From: Leucoraja erinacea
Taxonomy: Eukaryota
Assembly: GCF_028641065.1 (NCBI RefSeq)
Contig: NC_073389.1
Coordinates: 41,726,001 to 41,790,000, forward strand
Direction of reading: 5' to 3'
Length of the DNA: 64,000 nt
The position numbers were made by a program, and so were the translations under genes. The notes under the pieces were generated by a model. That model was not told where the DNA came from and did no database searches. It worked only from the letters and a program-made list of their open reading frames with translations. How positions within the stretch are numbered: the first letter of the stretch is position 1; each line of letters starts with the position of its first letter. This document shows positions 1 through 11,039 of the stretch, one piece after another.

Positions 1-734
1 AGTAAAATTGGTTGAAAATACTTCAGAGCAATACTGAGAAGTGAATTGGGAGACGCGTCTGTTATTCGGATTATTGGGATCAGTGGGAATAGTGGGAACG
101 GTAGTAACGGTGGTTTAAAAGTCTAAATTCTTCGATCCAAATTTTACTAAATTCACGGCTTCATATTGAAGGACACGGGTTATTGTATAGAGATCCTTCA
201 TTGATCTGTTCCGGGCTTTCATATTGAGGGCACTGGCTACTGTACATTAATAAAAGTGTATATATTAGATTTTTTGATAACTTGAGTTGAATAAATAATA
301 TATCGTTAATATTGCCATTGATTTATAGTGTAAAGTCTGTTTAATATTGCCATCGATTATTGTGTATTGCCGTTAATTTAGAGTGTTTGTGTGTTAGATA
401 CTATGATTGGAATCGTAGTCCGAATCGTCGCTGTGCGATCAAGGGGGCATATCCTTTCGTTCAGGGACGAGTAACCCGTTAGTGGAAAAGTAACTTGGAA
501 GTGGAATAAGTATCTATTAGTGGAAAAAGTACCATGAAGGGAATCGTACTGCCAAGTGAAAATGTACTTTGAAGGGAAAGTCTCGTAACCATGGGAGGGG
601 TACCGTTGATTGACACCAGCATGATTTAGGTAATTTAAAATATTGCAATTTATTTCATAACTGTACAGTTAGCGAATGTTTTATTAGTCGAATGCTTGTG
701 TTTTGTATTGCAGCGTGTTTTTACATGATAGTTA

Positions 735-1405
735 TCTATATAATTAAAAGTGTCACCTTGACCACTTCCTGTTTGCACTGTGCTTTGATTTGAGAAAAAA
801 ACGCTACCACATATAACTGGATTTTTTGGCCTTCTTACTCAGAGTCCTCCTCCGCTGCGCAGGCCCCGAGGTTTTTTCCCATCGATTAAAAATAAAAGAC
901 ATTAGTGTTTTAAAAATCTTGAGATTTTCTCTCCTGTCAATCACCACCATGAAGGCCATGCTCCTTCCGGTGGGAGGGGGGAGGGACTATAAAACCCAGA
1001 AGTGTGGGTGTGGCTCAGTCTGTCTGCAACATGGTGAGGGAGAGGTCACGGCTCTCTGTCTGAACTGGGAAAATACAGAACTGTGAGTATGCAATGTACT
1101 TGAATAAATGATTTGTTAACCCTTAATGAAAATGAAATGAGTTGTTTGGCCTGCCCTATGCTTGAAACTGCAATGGCAATGGGAATAAAATGAAAATGCA
1201 ATGAGCTATTTGGCTTGGGCCTGCCCTGTGTTTGAAAGTGCAATGGCAATGGAAATGTAGTGAAAATGCAATGAGCTGTTTGGCTTGAACCTGCCCTGTG
1301 TTTGAAAGTGCAATGGCAATGGAAATGGTAGAGAGGTGGAATATTGCGTTGGGGGACCAGCCATCCCGTGTGAACATCGGACCCAATGGGTCCCACTTAG
1401 TCTAG
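735..1405 (+). mobile_element. Non-autonomous Helitron inserted in the ERV leader
   Basis: Begins TCTATATAATTAAAAG after A734; ends CTAG (1402-1405) before T1406; subterminal hairpin GGACCC-AAT-GGGTCC (1379-1393); A|T target with no TSD. Confidence 0.85.
1125..1331 (+). repeat. Three tandem copies of a ~65-70 bp unit inside the Helitron
   Basis: Unit tgaaaatgcaatgagct(a/g)tttggctt..cctgccctgtgtttgaaagtgcaatggcaatggaaat repeated three times. Confidence 0.85.
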
Positions 1406-1814
1406 TTAGTAGTATAATTTCTTGTTTAAGTACGATTTTGCTTGTGTGTTATGAGCTCATCTGTCGTTGTCTAGATTGAAGTGTTTTGGGTGTAGGAGAT
1501 CTGCTGCTGAAGCGTGTTTGATTGTTCCGTCTCACCTGAGATTAAAGCACCTTAGATCATTTGTCGACTTAAGATTGTTTACAGGTTTGAAAGCTTGTGT
1601 TAATTTTTGTGTGTGAGATTGTGTGAAAGAATGTTTGGGGTACCCGGGTTGAAAGGAGAGATCGATTGCATTGAAAGGAGAGACTGATTGTGTGCGAGAC
1701 TTGATGGCACGTTGAAGAACTTTAGGCCATTGTTTGGGAGCGAACTTGTTAAGTCTCAGGAAGTTGCGAGTGGAGTGTGAATCGTTTGAGATATTGTGTC
1801 CATTGTTGGTAACA

Positions 1815-2987
1815 ATGGGGAACCAAATTGAACGACATACAATGGAAGATCCATAAAACCCACCACAATTAGTATGCAGCGGGTTCCCGCAGAAAGCGGA
1901 AAGATTGAAATACTTTTCAGGAGCCTTGAATAAGAAGCTAGGAGTTGATTTGTGGTCCGAAGGAAGGGTTGGAACATTGAATGGAGTGAGATACATAGAG
2001 AAGATTATTTGGCAATGTAGTAACAGTGATGTAGCAAAGGAGCTGATTGGATTATGGAGAAGATATAATGAAGAAGTAAAAGCACGTAAAGAGGCTGTGA
2101 TAATGGCGAATTGGCAGGAGGCAGCTTTGAAGCTTGGAATAGAGTTAAAAGATGATAAAGGGACAGACTTCCAGATACCTTGAGGAAGGAATGTGGATGT
2201 ATTAAGGAACATAATGAACGGGAGAAAAAGAAAACCCCTGAAGGGAAACTGGCATTTGTAGACTTAGAGTTCAGGGACCCGTTGGTTGGCTTTGGTTTTG
2301 AAGGGGGAGACGATGAATATTTAGAAAATTGGTAGAGCGTTAGAATTAGGAGAAGTTTGCAGCCTCCACCTTATTCCCCTTGCGCTCCCTATATTCCACC
2401 TTCAAATCCAGCATCTTGCACATCCTGTGTGCATCACAGACCTCCTCCTGAGCCTGCAGCACCTCCCACACCTCCTGCTGATTCTATAATAAAACCTGCT
2501 TCCCAGACAGCAGCAACACCAGTCCAGAGTTCTTTGACTCCAATCGCTCCACTACTGGCATGTAGTCCAGTAGCGCACGGTACCAGGAGTAAACAGAGAA
2601 AATACCTCCCATGTTTAAAGAGAAAGATGTTACTAAAGATAAAGTACAATCACCAAAACCAGTTTATGAGCCTAACCCTAGGAGAGTAAGACGACCACCT
2701 AGAGATGAAAGATGTGCATTTAAAAAGTACTGTATTCCCCTAGTGATGAGGAAGATATATCGGAGGGTGAAACAGTAACAGGGGACATTGAGAGTTAGTC
2801 AGATGTAGCTAATATTATGAAAGCAGAACAAATATCCTGTCGTCAATTCCCAGTTATGGAAATGCCTAACCCAGACTTTGATCTGGCTAGTGGGTGAAAA
2901 CAATCCCCGAACCATTGATGTATATACCCCATGAAAACCTAACGCGATGATATGGCAGTACTGAGTAAAATACCTGACAGAAAGAAC
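1815..2987 (+). pseudogene. gag: Retroviral gag remnant (MA, Pro-rich p12-like region, start of CA)
   Basis: ATG at 1815 gives MGNQIER (Gly2 myristoylation-type start), in frame with ORF 1905-2183; PPPY late-domain motif at 2363-2374; SPVAHGTRS; DVYTP*KP near 2917-2940 resembles the CA start; several stops. Confidence 0.75.
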
Positions 2988-3216
2988 ATTTATGGAATTC
3001 CCTGCCACAGAGGGTAGTGGAGGCCAAGTCACTAGATGGATTTAAGAGAGAGTCAGATAGAGCTCTAGGGGCTAGTGGAGTCAAGGGATATGGGGAGAAG
3101 GCAGGGACGGGTTATTGATAGGGGACGATCAGCCATGATTACAATGAATGGCTGTGCTGGCTCGAAGGGCCGAACGGCCTCCTCCTGCGCCTATTTTATA
3201 TGTTTCTATGTTTCTA
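2988..3216 (+). mobile_element. CR1/HER1-type LINE 3' fragment at the gag/pol junction
   Basis: LWNSLPQ..GYGEKAGTGY* C-terminus, 3'UTR and (tatgtttc)n tail; closely similar to 37265-37490. Confidence 0.9.
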
Positions 3217-3217
3217 A

Positions 3218-5915
3218 CAGGCCATTCCCAGCATAGATAAGCTAATTCAGAGATTGCTGGAAAAAGACATCTTAGTGAAGTGCCAGCCTATTTGCAACAC
3301 ACCAATTCTTGCAGTGCCAAAAGCAGGAAAAGAGGGCCAGTACAGGTTGGTCCAAGATTTAAGATCAGTTAATGCAGTGGTGGAACTGCTCCATGCTCTG
3401 GTGCTAAGCCCGGCTCATATCCTAGCTTTAATCCCAGCAGAAGCAAGAATCTTTTTAATTGTAGACCTGTAACATGCCTTATTTTCATTAACTCTACATA
3501 AGAACAGTCAGTATTTATTTGGCTTACAGGGACAACAATATACACGGACAAGACTACGTCGGGGATTCATTAATTCGCCTACCTTGTTTTCCCAATTCCT
3601 TCAAGAACAGTTAAGCACTTTGAGTTTTAAAAGGAAACCCACTTTAGTACAATACGTGGATGACTTGTTGGTAGTTGGTATAGATGAGCAAAGTAATCGT
3701 GTGGATACTGCTCAATTATTGAAACATTTGGCAAATTTAGGATATGTGTTCTCTCAGTCCAAGGTTTTCATGGCTCAACAAAATGTGACGTTTTTAGGAG
3801 TGATAATTTCAGCTACAGAAAAAAGTTCAGAAAAGAGCAGACTCGAACCAATCTGCGAACTTCCAATTCCTAAAGAGGCAAAGCAAATGAGACAGTGCCT
3901 CGGTGTGGCGAACTACTGCAGACCCTGGATCCCTAATATTGCACTAGACACCAAAGAATTGACTCCTTATACCAGCCTGGAGGGCAAATTCCAGTTGTCC
4001 AAAGGAGCTCAGGAAGCTTTTGAAAGTCTGAAGAGATCTTTAATGCAGGCCCCAGCACTAGGAAGGCCACTCTCCGATAGACCCTTCCAACTATAGTGTA
4101 CCATTCTTTCTGAGTGCTCAACTGCAGTCCTCACCCCAAAACATTGGGATAAGCACAGACCTGTGGCTTACTATTCATCCAAACTGGACTCATTAGCAAG
4201 GGGACACCCATTATGTACCCAGATCCTGACAGCAATTTATAATAGTTTCCAGTCTGCTGCAAACCTGATTTAAAAGACGCTCCTAAAGAAGACCCTGACA
4301 TAACATTGTACGTAGATGGGAGTGCATCCATTGGGCTCTGTGGAGATAAATTTTCTGGATACGCTATTGCGCTATTGTAGACCAGGAAGGGGAAAGTGTA
4401 GAGGCAGCTGCTTTTGAATCACCCTATTCAGCACAACAAGCTGAATTATTTGCTTTAATTAGGGCTTGCATTATTGGGAAAAATTTAAGGGTGAACATAT
4501 ATACAGATTCTAGATATGCATTCGGATTAGTACATGACTATGGACAGCTATGGAGGAATAAAGGATTCCTAACCTCGGCAGGAACTCAAGTATCTCATAA
4601 GCAATTGGTGATTCATCTATTAAAGGCCCTGATGCTACCTAGACAAGTTTCAGTGATGAAGTCTAGTGCACACACAAAAGGACAGACCCCGATAGACGTA
4701 GGTAATCGTTGTGCTGCCAGGCAGCAAAGGAAGTATCTCGGGAACGCAAGATGGTGGTGCCAAAAATGATGAGGCTCCCTCGGAAAAGCCAATGTCAACC
4801 ATCCAGGAAATTGTTTAGTTGCAGGAGGAAGCTTCTAAAGGGGATGTAAAATTGTGGAAACAGCTTGGATGCACAATAGATTGCATGACGGGGTTATGGA
4901 CTACTCCAGCAGGGCAGACTTGTATGACAGATACTCTTGCAGTTTGGGTTGTGGAGTGTATGCAATTTGCGACACACTGCGATGCGAGAGGAATTGGAGA
5001 TGCTCTCCTAGCTACTTGGTGGCATCCAAGAATACAAACTCTGGCCCAGAAAGTGAGTAGCTGCTGCATTATTTGTCAGAAGAATAATCCTGGTAAAGGA
5101 GTAGGTTGTGGAGATGGGAAGACACCTTTGCCCATGGGTCCTTTTGAAACTCTACAGATGGATTATATTGAGCTAGAGAAATGTCAGGGATACAGATATG
5201 TATGTACTCATACTAGTCGATGTATTCAGCAGATTCATCAAGGCCTATCCAACACTTGAGAACAAAGCGGCTACTGTTGTCAAGGTGCTTATGAGAGCAA
5301 TTATTCCTAGATTTGGTATCCCTAGTCGACTTAATTCGGACAATGGTCCTCATTTTATTGGCCAAATTAATAAAGAATTCTGCGAATAGCTGGGTATCCA
5401 ACAGCAACTACACTGTGTTTATCGACCACAGGCTGCTGGACTTGCAGAAAGATCAAATCAGACCCTGAAAACTAAATTAGCTAAATTGAACGCAGAGACA
5501 GGAATTGGTTGGATCAAATTACTCCCCATAACTTTATTTCAAATGCGTGTCATGTGTGCAGGGAAATCTAGACTGAGCCCAGCTGAAATTATTATGGCAG
5601 ACCTTAGAAAACCCCATGGAAACAAAATGCAATGAAAGTTATATTTCCATCATATGACTGCGGAAATGACCGACTACATTCTGGCCTTCACTCGGGCATT
5701 AAGAGATTTCCATTCCAGGGAGCAAACTGCATGTGGTGAATTGCCTCTTTTGATCTCTTCTACTAAGGTGACTATGTAAAGAATTGCGTAAGGAAAGGGT
5801 TGGAGGTTCGTTGGATAGGACCTTACCAGTTCTCCTGACAATTCCAAAGGTAGAAGGGAGAAATGCATGGGTACATCTTCACCACTGCAAGAGTATCAGT
5901 GGGAGAGTAGGCTGA
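3218..5915 (+). pseudogene. pol: Retroviral pol remnant (RT, RNase H, integrase)
   Basis: CNTPILAVPK..YRLVQDLR (3254 ORF); YVDD at 3653-3664; LGVANYCRPWIP; RNase H NIYTDSRYAFGLVHDYGQLW; IN CIICQKNN, PFETLQMDY, RFGIPSRLNSDNGPHF, WIGPY, WVHLHHCK; stop at 5913-5915. Confidence 0.95.
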
Positions 5916-6129
5916 TAACTTATTTTATCATGAAATCTCTTAGGTAACATCATACCCTTCGAGAGTCAAGAACAGATACAACCAACAAGATGGACGAAGG
6001 GGATTCATGCCCATGCTAACTCAGGAGATAAAGACTCATCAGTCAGAAGTAATGGAACTATGCCCATGTTAGCTTATATGACTGGAACTGTATCATCATT
6101 TTTTGTATAATTGGTTATTATAATATGAT

Positions 6130-6141
6130 AAAAGAGGGGAA
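6130..6141 (+). other. Polypurine tract (plus-strand primer site)
   Basis: AAAAGAGGGGAA directly before the TG that opens the LTR. Confidence 0.8.
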
Positions 6142-6921
6142 TGATAATATTGGGCATTTTGGTGCCTGACAAATGGATGAATTCTGCCTTTGCAAAACCT
6201 GCTTGGCATCTTTTTGCAAAGGCTGCAAAGACCATGAGGATCGTGGCTCCAGAATATCTGGCCTGAGTGGAAGTTGAGTACAGGGTGATGTCCAGATGTC
6301 CTTTAATTGTTAATATGTATAAGGGTTTTGCAGAAGGAGCTGGATCCTGCTGCAAATGCATGATCAGGATTGATTGGGAAATGATGGGTTATAATACTAT
6401 TGTTAACTATTTTGCATGGTCTTTGCACTGCTATTTGTGATTGGTCAAGGAGAGGGGCCTTGCCCAAATTGTTTACATTACCTGATAAAATGTTTCATTA
6501 CTTCAGGGAACTGTTTTTCATTAAGAACTTTCTGTAGAAACAATGTTATGGGATATTCTGTGATTGGGTTAGGGAAGTCAATTAATGTATTGTATGATCT
6601 TTATTTATGATTGGCTTGTAGGGGTTGCCCCCCCGTATATTTTGCGCCAAGGGTTTGATATAGTATAAAGGAGGGGAGAGCACATGAGAGTGTGTCGATC
6701 TTCTGGGGTAGCATTTGGGACCGTGCTGACCATCTGGAGGTGTCTATTCGCACGAGGCTGAAGGGCTTGGACGAGTAGAGACAAGGATCGGACTCGTGGT
6801 GCTGGTTAGGTATCGTTTAGGTAGTGTATTTGTGTTCGTAAAATAAAGTTAGTTGATCCAGTGCTTGACTCGGTGTTTTACTGAACCAGACTAACGGGGT
6901 GAGAATAAGACCGGAATTACA
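6142..6921 (+). promoter_or_regulatory. 3' LTR (~780 bp)
   Basis: TGATAAT...ATTACA imperfect inverted termini; TATAAA at 6664-6669; AATAAA at 6842-6847. The right end cannot be confirmed without the 5' LTR. Confidence 0.75.
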
Positions 6922-7069
6922 TCTGTGTATCTTGAGAAGGCTTTACTTGATGCCCTGTTCTGGAGCACAGGGCAGTTGCTATGCAGAATGAAGGGAAATG
7001 TTGTGACCTATGGTGAGGATTCCTTCATTGTCTCCAAGTTGGTTGAAAATCTTTTTTGTTTTGGTGGCT

Positions 7070-7368
7070 TTAAACTTTAGACTTTAGAGATGCAGTGTGG
7101 AAACAGGCCCTTTGTTCTTGCTGATCAGTCATCACCCCGTATACTAACACTACTCTACACACTAGGGACAATTTTACAATTATCACCAAGTTAATTAACC
7201 TACAAACCTGCACGTCATTGGAGCGTGGGAAGAAACTGAAGCACCCAGAGAAAACCCACGCGGTCACAGGAAGAACGTACAAACTCCGTACAGACAACAC
7301 CCGTAGTCAGGATTGAACCCAGGTCTCTGACGCTGTAAGGCAGCTACTCTACCGTTGCGCCACTGTGC
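7070..7368 (-). mobile_element. tRNA-derived V-SINE (HE1-like)
   Basis: Reverse complement has a tRNA-like head (gtggcgcaacggtag..ggttcaatcc), a V-domain (gtgggttttctctgggtgcttcagtttcttcccac) and a CR1-like tail. Confidence 0.85.
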
Positions 7369-7419
7369 TGATTGACTCTTTGTCTCTGCCTCATGATGTG
7401 GCATATCCAGGAAGAATCA

Positions 7420-7600
7420 TAGTTATAGAATCAAACAGTGTGGAAACAGGCCATCCGGCCCAACATGTCAACACCGACCAACATGCCCCATTTACACTAG
7501 TCCTACCTGCCTGCAGTGGCCCATAACCCTCGAAACCTGTCCCATCCATGTACCTGCCCAAATGTTTTAAAACATTGTGATAGTACCTGCCTCAACTACT
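7420..7600 (-). mobile_element. CR1-type LINE 3' end
   Basis: cagtgtggaaacaggcc tail and gtacctgcctcaactac; same family as 24522-24842. Confidence 0.7.
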
Positions 7601-7908
7601 TCTTCTTAAGATGGTGATCTTATAGAAACATGCTAGATGCAGAAGAAAATGTTCCCCATGCGGGGGTGTCCAGAACCAGGGGTCACAGATTAAGAATAAG
7701 GGGTAGGACAGTTAGGACTGAGATGAGGAAAAACGTTTTCACCCAGAAAGGTGTGAATCTGTGGAATTCTCTGCTGCAGAATTCAGTGGAGACCAACTGG
7801 ATGTTTTCAAGAGAGAATTGGATTTAAGTCTGAGGCCTAACGGATTCATGGGATATGGGGAAAAAGCCGGAACGGGGTACTGTTTTGGATGATCAGCAAT
7901 GATCATAT

Positions 7909-8745
7909 GTGGGTGGCGCGACCGGTGTCGCAGCGGCCTCTGCAGTCTGTCTGTGTTTTTTTGTTTTTTTGTCCTGTTGAGGGTTTAGTTTGTAGCTGTT
8001 TATCGGGGTTTTTTTTTAATGTGTATGTGTGGGGGGTGGTGGGTGGGGGAAACTTTTAATCTCTTCCCTGCATGGAGACCCGACCTTTTCCCTGTCGGAG
8101 CTCCGTTGCCGTTGAGGCCTAGCGCCGTGGAGCGGCCTCCACCGGAACGACCTGGAGGTTCAAGTCACAGAGCCTGTGGAGCTGTGGAGCCTGCTGTGGA
8201 GCCTGCTGTGGAGCCTGCTGTGGAGCCTGCTGTGCAGCCTGCTGTGCAGCCTGCTGTGCAGCCGCTGTGGAGCTGCTGAGGAGCTGCTGCAGACTTACCT
8301 ACGTGGAGCTGGCCGGCTTCGGGGCGTAGAGCGGCGGTGGCGCGTTGCTGCGGCCCGGCTCCGGTGGATGGTGTCACCGGGAGCTCGCGGATCCCCGGTG
8401 GGAGGCTGCTTTGCGGGGCCCGGCAGCGGCGACTTCTCCCGCCCGAATTGCGGGGTTGAGAGTGACCTGGAGGGGGGCCCTACAACGCCCGGCGCGGCCT
8501 TAATTTGCCGCGGACTAGCGCCCGCCGGGGGCTTTGACCTCGACTTCGGGAGGGAAATGGAGTGCAGGGGAGAGACAAGAACTTTGCCTTCCATCACAGT
8601 GAGGAGGAGAGCCACTGTGATGGATGTTTATGTGAATAGTGTTGGCGTGTGTTTTGGTTCTTTTATTGTATGGCTGCAGAAACTACATTTCGTTTGAACC
8701 TCATGTGAGGTTCAAATGACAAATAAAGGTATTGTATTGTATTGT
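7909..8745 (+). mobile_element. GC-rich non-coding retroposon (SINE-like) with 3' hairpin and (gtatt)n tail
   Basis: Homologous along its length to 50661-51525 (-); 3' hairpin 8693-8716, then atgacaaataaa and tail; flanked by ATAT. Confidence 0.75.
8181..8275 (+). repeat. 12-bp minisatellite (gctgtg(g/c)agcct)x~8
   Basis: Direct inspection; accounts for the VEPA/WSLL/STAG repeats in the ORF track. Confidence 0.9.
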
Positions 8746-9257
8746 ATATTGAATGGCGGTGCTGGCTGAATGGCCTACTCCTGCACCTATTTTCTGTGTT
8801 TCTATGAACCTCACACTGTCTTTGGTGAAAAGCTCCATCAGATTCCAATCCTACTCTTAGGATCTGCAGCTTCATAGTGCTCTGCTGGAGTCAGATGTTT
8901 AATTTTTAGTGAATTGAATACCAATAGCAAACCTATACAGATTTTAGTGGCCCATAACTTTTCCATTGGCCCGTTTTTTAAAATAGTAATTGGCTTGAAA
9001 TAATTAGTATGAATCACATTTATATTCAGTGAGTTTTCTCCCAGCAGTCTTTTGTGATGTTTATGCCATCAGGGGGCAAAACAACTAGTCATGTGATGTC
9101 TGTGTATCATCGCATGACTCGTGCTTTCGCTTGCATCATCTCACTGAATCAAGTCAAGAGTGTTTTATTGTCATATGTCCCGAAATAGAATAATGAATTT
9201 CTTACTAGCAGCACCACAGATATGTATAACATAATACTCAGGAGACATCATAATAAG

Positions 9258-9727
9258 CATAGAGACCTAGAAAATAGGTGCAAGAGTAGGCCATTCGGCC
9301 CTTTGAGCCTGCATCGCCATTCAATATAATCATGGCTGATCATCCAACTCAGTATCCTGTACCTGTCTTCTCTCCATACCCCCGGATCCCTTTAGCCACA
9401 AGGGCCACATCTAACTCCCTCTTAAATATAGCCAATGAACTGGCCTCAACTACCTTCTGTGGCAGAGAGTTCCAGTGATTCACCACTCTGTGTGTGAAAA
9501 ATGTTTTTCTCATCTCGGTCCTAAAGGATTTCCCCTTTATCCTTAAACTGTGACCCCTTGTCCTGGACTTCCCCAACATCGGGAACAATCTTCCTGCATC
9601 TAGCCTGTCTAACCCCTTAAGAATTTTGTACGTTTCTATAAGATCCCCCCTCAATCTTCTAAATTCTAGCATGTACAAGCCGAGTCTATCCAGTCTTCTT
9701 CATCTGAAAGTCCTGACATCCCAGGAA
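9258..9727 (-). mobile_element. CR1/HER1 LINE 3' fragment
   Basis: ORF 9349-9678 LEFRRLRGDLIETYKILKG..GYGEKTGTGY plus 3'UTR. Confidence 0.92.
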
Positions 9728-9769
9728 ACAACAAAGAAGTTTATTAACAAATACGTTTTTCTTACCTCC

Positions 9770-9990
9770 ATTTCCCCCCCTCTACTTTCAGACTGAAGAA
9801 GGATCTCGACCCGAAACGTCACCTATATCTTTCGCTCCCTACATGCTGCCTCACCTGCTGATTTTCTCCAGCATTTTTGTCTACCTTCGATTTTCCAGCA
9901 TCTGCAGTTCCGTCTTAAACATTGAGTTACTCCAGCACTTTGTGTCTATCTTCGGTATATTACCAGCATCTGCAGTTCCTTTCTACACAA
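9770..9990 (+). mobile_element. Penelope-derived short repeat with hammerhead-like core
   Basis: ctgaaga-aggatctcgaccc-gaaacgtc at 9793-9820, followed by the same 3' sequence found downstream of the GIY-YIG frame at 50015-50139. Confidence 0.75.
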
Positions 9991-10434
9991 AGAAGTTCAA
10001 TACACATTTTAAAAAACTTTATAGAGTAAAGAAAATAGCAAAGCCCCAAATCCCTAGTGCAATCAAGGTGCAATAGTTTGGAGTTTGGTTGGAATTCGTA
10101 GTGTTCAATAGCCTGATGGCTGTTGAATACATGACCTACATGTTGACAAAACACGGGCTTTATGAGGTTGCGGGGTGTAGGTGATCCTCTCTTACCTTAT
10201 CCTCAGGTAGAGTCAAACTTGCTAGACCTCACAGAGTAACAACCTAGAGGACTGTTATGTTTATTAAAACTGCGAAAGTGCCACATATAAAACAAATACA
10301 AATGCTACAATTGATGCAACATTGTATATGAAATTGCTGCAGGTATAATGTAGAATAATATTGTGATTATACACTAACATACTTCTATACCTTAAACAAC
10401 TGTAACTTTTAAGTCTAACCTAAGACATCTAGCA

Positions 10435-10592
10435 GTGAGTATATAAATCGAGCGCGGGGCTTGCTTTTACAGAGGCCCGGGACCGTTGCAGAGAGTGGAG
10501 GAGGGTCAGGGCTGTGAGTATATAAATCGAGCGCGGGGCTTGCTTTTACAGAGGCCCGGGACCGTTGGAGCGAGTGGAGGAGGGTCAGGGCT
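10435..10592 (+). repeat. Two tandem 79-bp monomers, each with TATATAAA (putative LINE promoter)
   Basis: gtgagtatataaatcgagcgcgggg...ggtcagggct at 10435 and 10514, nearly identical. Confidence 0.85.
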
Positions 10593-10702
10593 TACCAAAA
10601 TCTGTAACGTTCCACACTTCATAGGGAGGGTTCTGGTGGAAGCAGACTAAAGGAAGCAGCTGATTGGGTGCAACCTCAGGATAGCATTTCTGCATTCTGG
10701 TT

Positions 10703-10935
10703 AAAGGTACAGTGAGCCAAGGGTACAGTGAGCTAAGGGTACAGTGCTTTAGTAAAGGTACAGTGCTTTAGTAAAGGTACAGTGAGCTAAGGGTACAGTG
10801 CTTTAGCTAAAGGTACAGTGCTTTAGTAAAGGTACAGTGAGCTAAGGGTACAGTGAGCTAAGGGTACAGTGCTTTAGTAAAGGTACAGTGAGCTAAGGGT
10901 ACAGTGCTTTTTGTTTATATAATAAAGGTACAGTT
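10703..10935 (+). repeat. Minisatellite with 13 GGTACAGT cores in 16-bp and 19-bp unit variants
   Basis: Units aa(a/g)ggtacagtgagct and aa(a/g)ggtacagtgctttagt interspersed. Confidence 0.9.
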
Positions 10936-11039
10936 TAAAGGTCAAGAGGGAGCAGCTGTTGTGAGTCAGATACCTGCTGATTTCTCCCAGTAGTTTCTAT
11001 TGTTTTATACTTGTATCGGATCCAGGGTAAGGTGGGAGA

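Larger units (their letters stand above)
1..6921 (+). mobile_element. Decayed endogenous retrovirus, class I (gamma/epsilon-like); leader-gag-pol-PPT-3'LTR; 5' LTR outside window; no env
   Basis: Colinear gag (MGNQ start, PPPY), RT (QYVDDLL), RNase H (YVDGS, AQQAEL, NIYTDSRYAFG), integrase (zinc-finger remnant, QMDY, SDNGPHF, GPY), then a polypurine tract and a TG...CA LTR. Many stops and frameshifts. Confidence 0.93.
7605..8806 (+). mobile_element. CR1/HER1 3' fragment split by an insertion at 7909-8745
   Basis: SRTRGHRLRIRG..VNLWNSL; the 3'UTR gatcatat|tgaatggcggtgctggc is rejoined when the insert is removed. Confidence 0.85.

Noticed and set aside
1532-2212. 226-aa antisense ORF over gag
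   Set aside because: No recognisable motif; consistent with a shadow ORF. Would need conservation in sibling proviruses.
1815-5915. APOBEC-type hypermutation of the ERV
   Set aside because: The stop codons appear to come from mixed substitution types; no consistent TGG>TAG/TGA bias visible.
8019-8697. Repetitive-protein ORFs (VEPA/WSLL/STAG)
   Set aside because: By-products of a 12-bp minisatellite in a GC-rich repeat; not conserved in the second copy.
10703-10935. CRISPR-like array
   Set aside because: No unique spacers; two unit variants alternate; lies in a vertebrate LINE 5' region with no cas genes.
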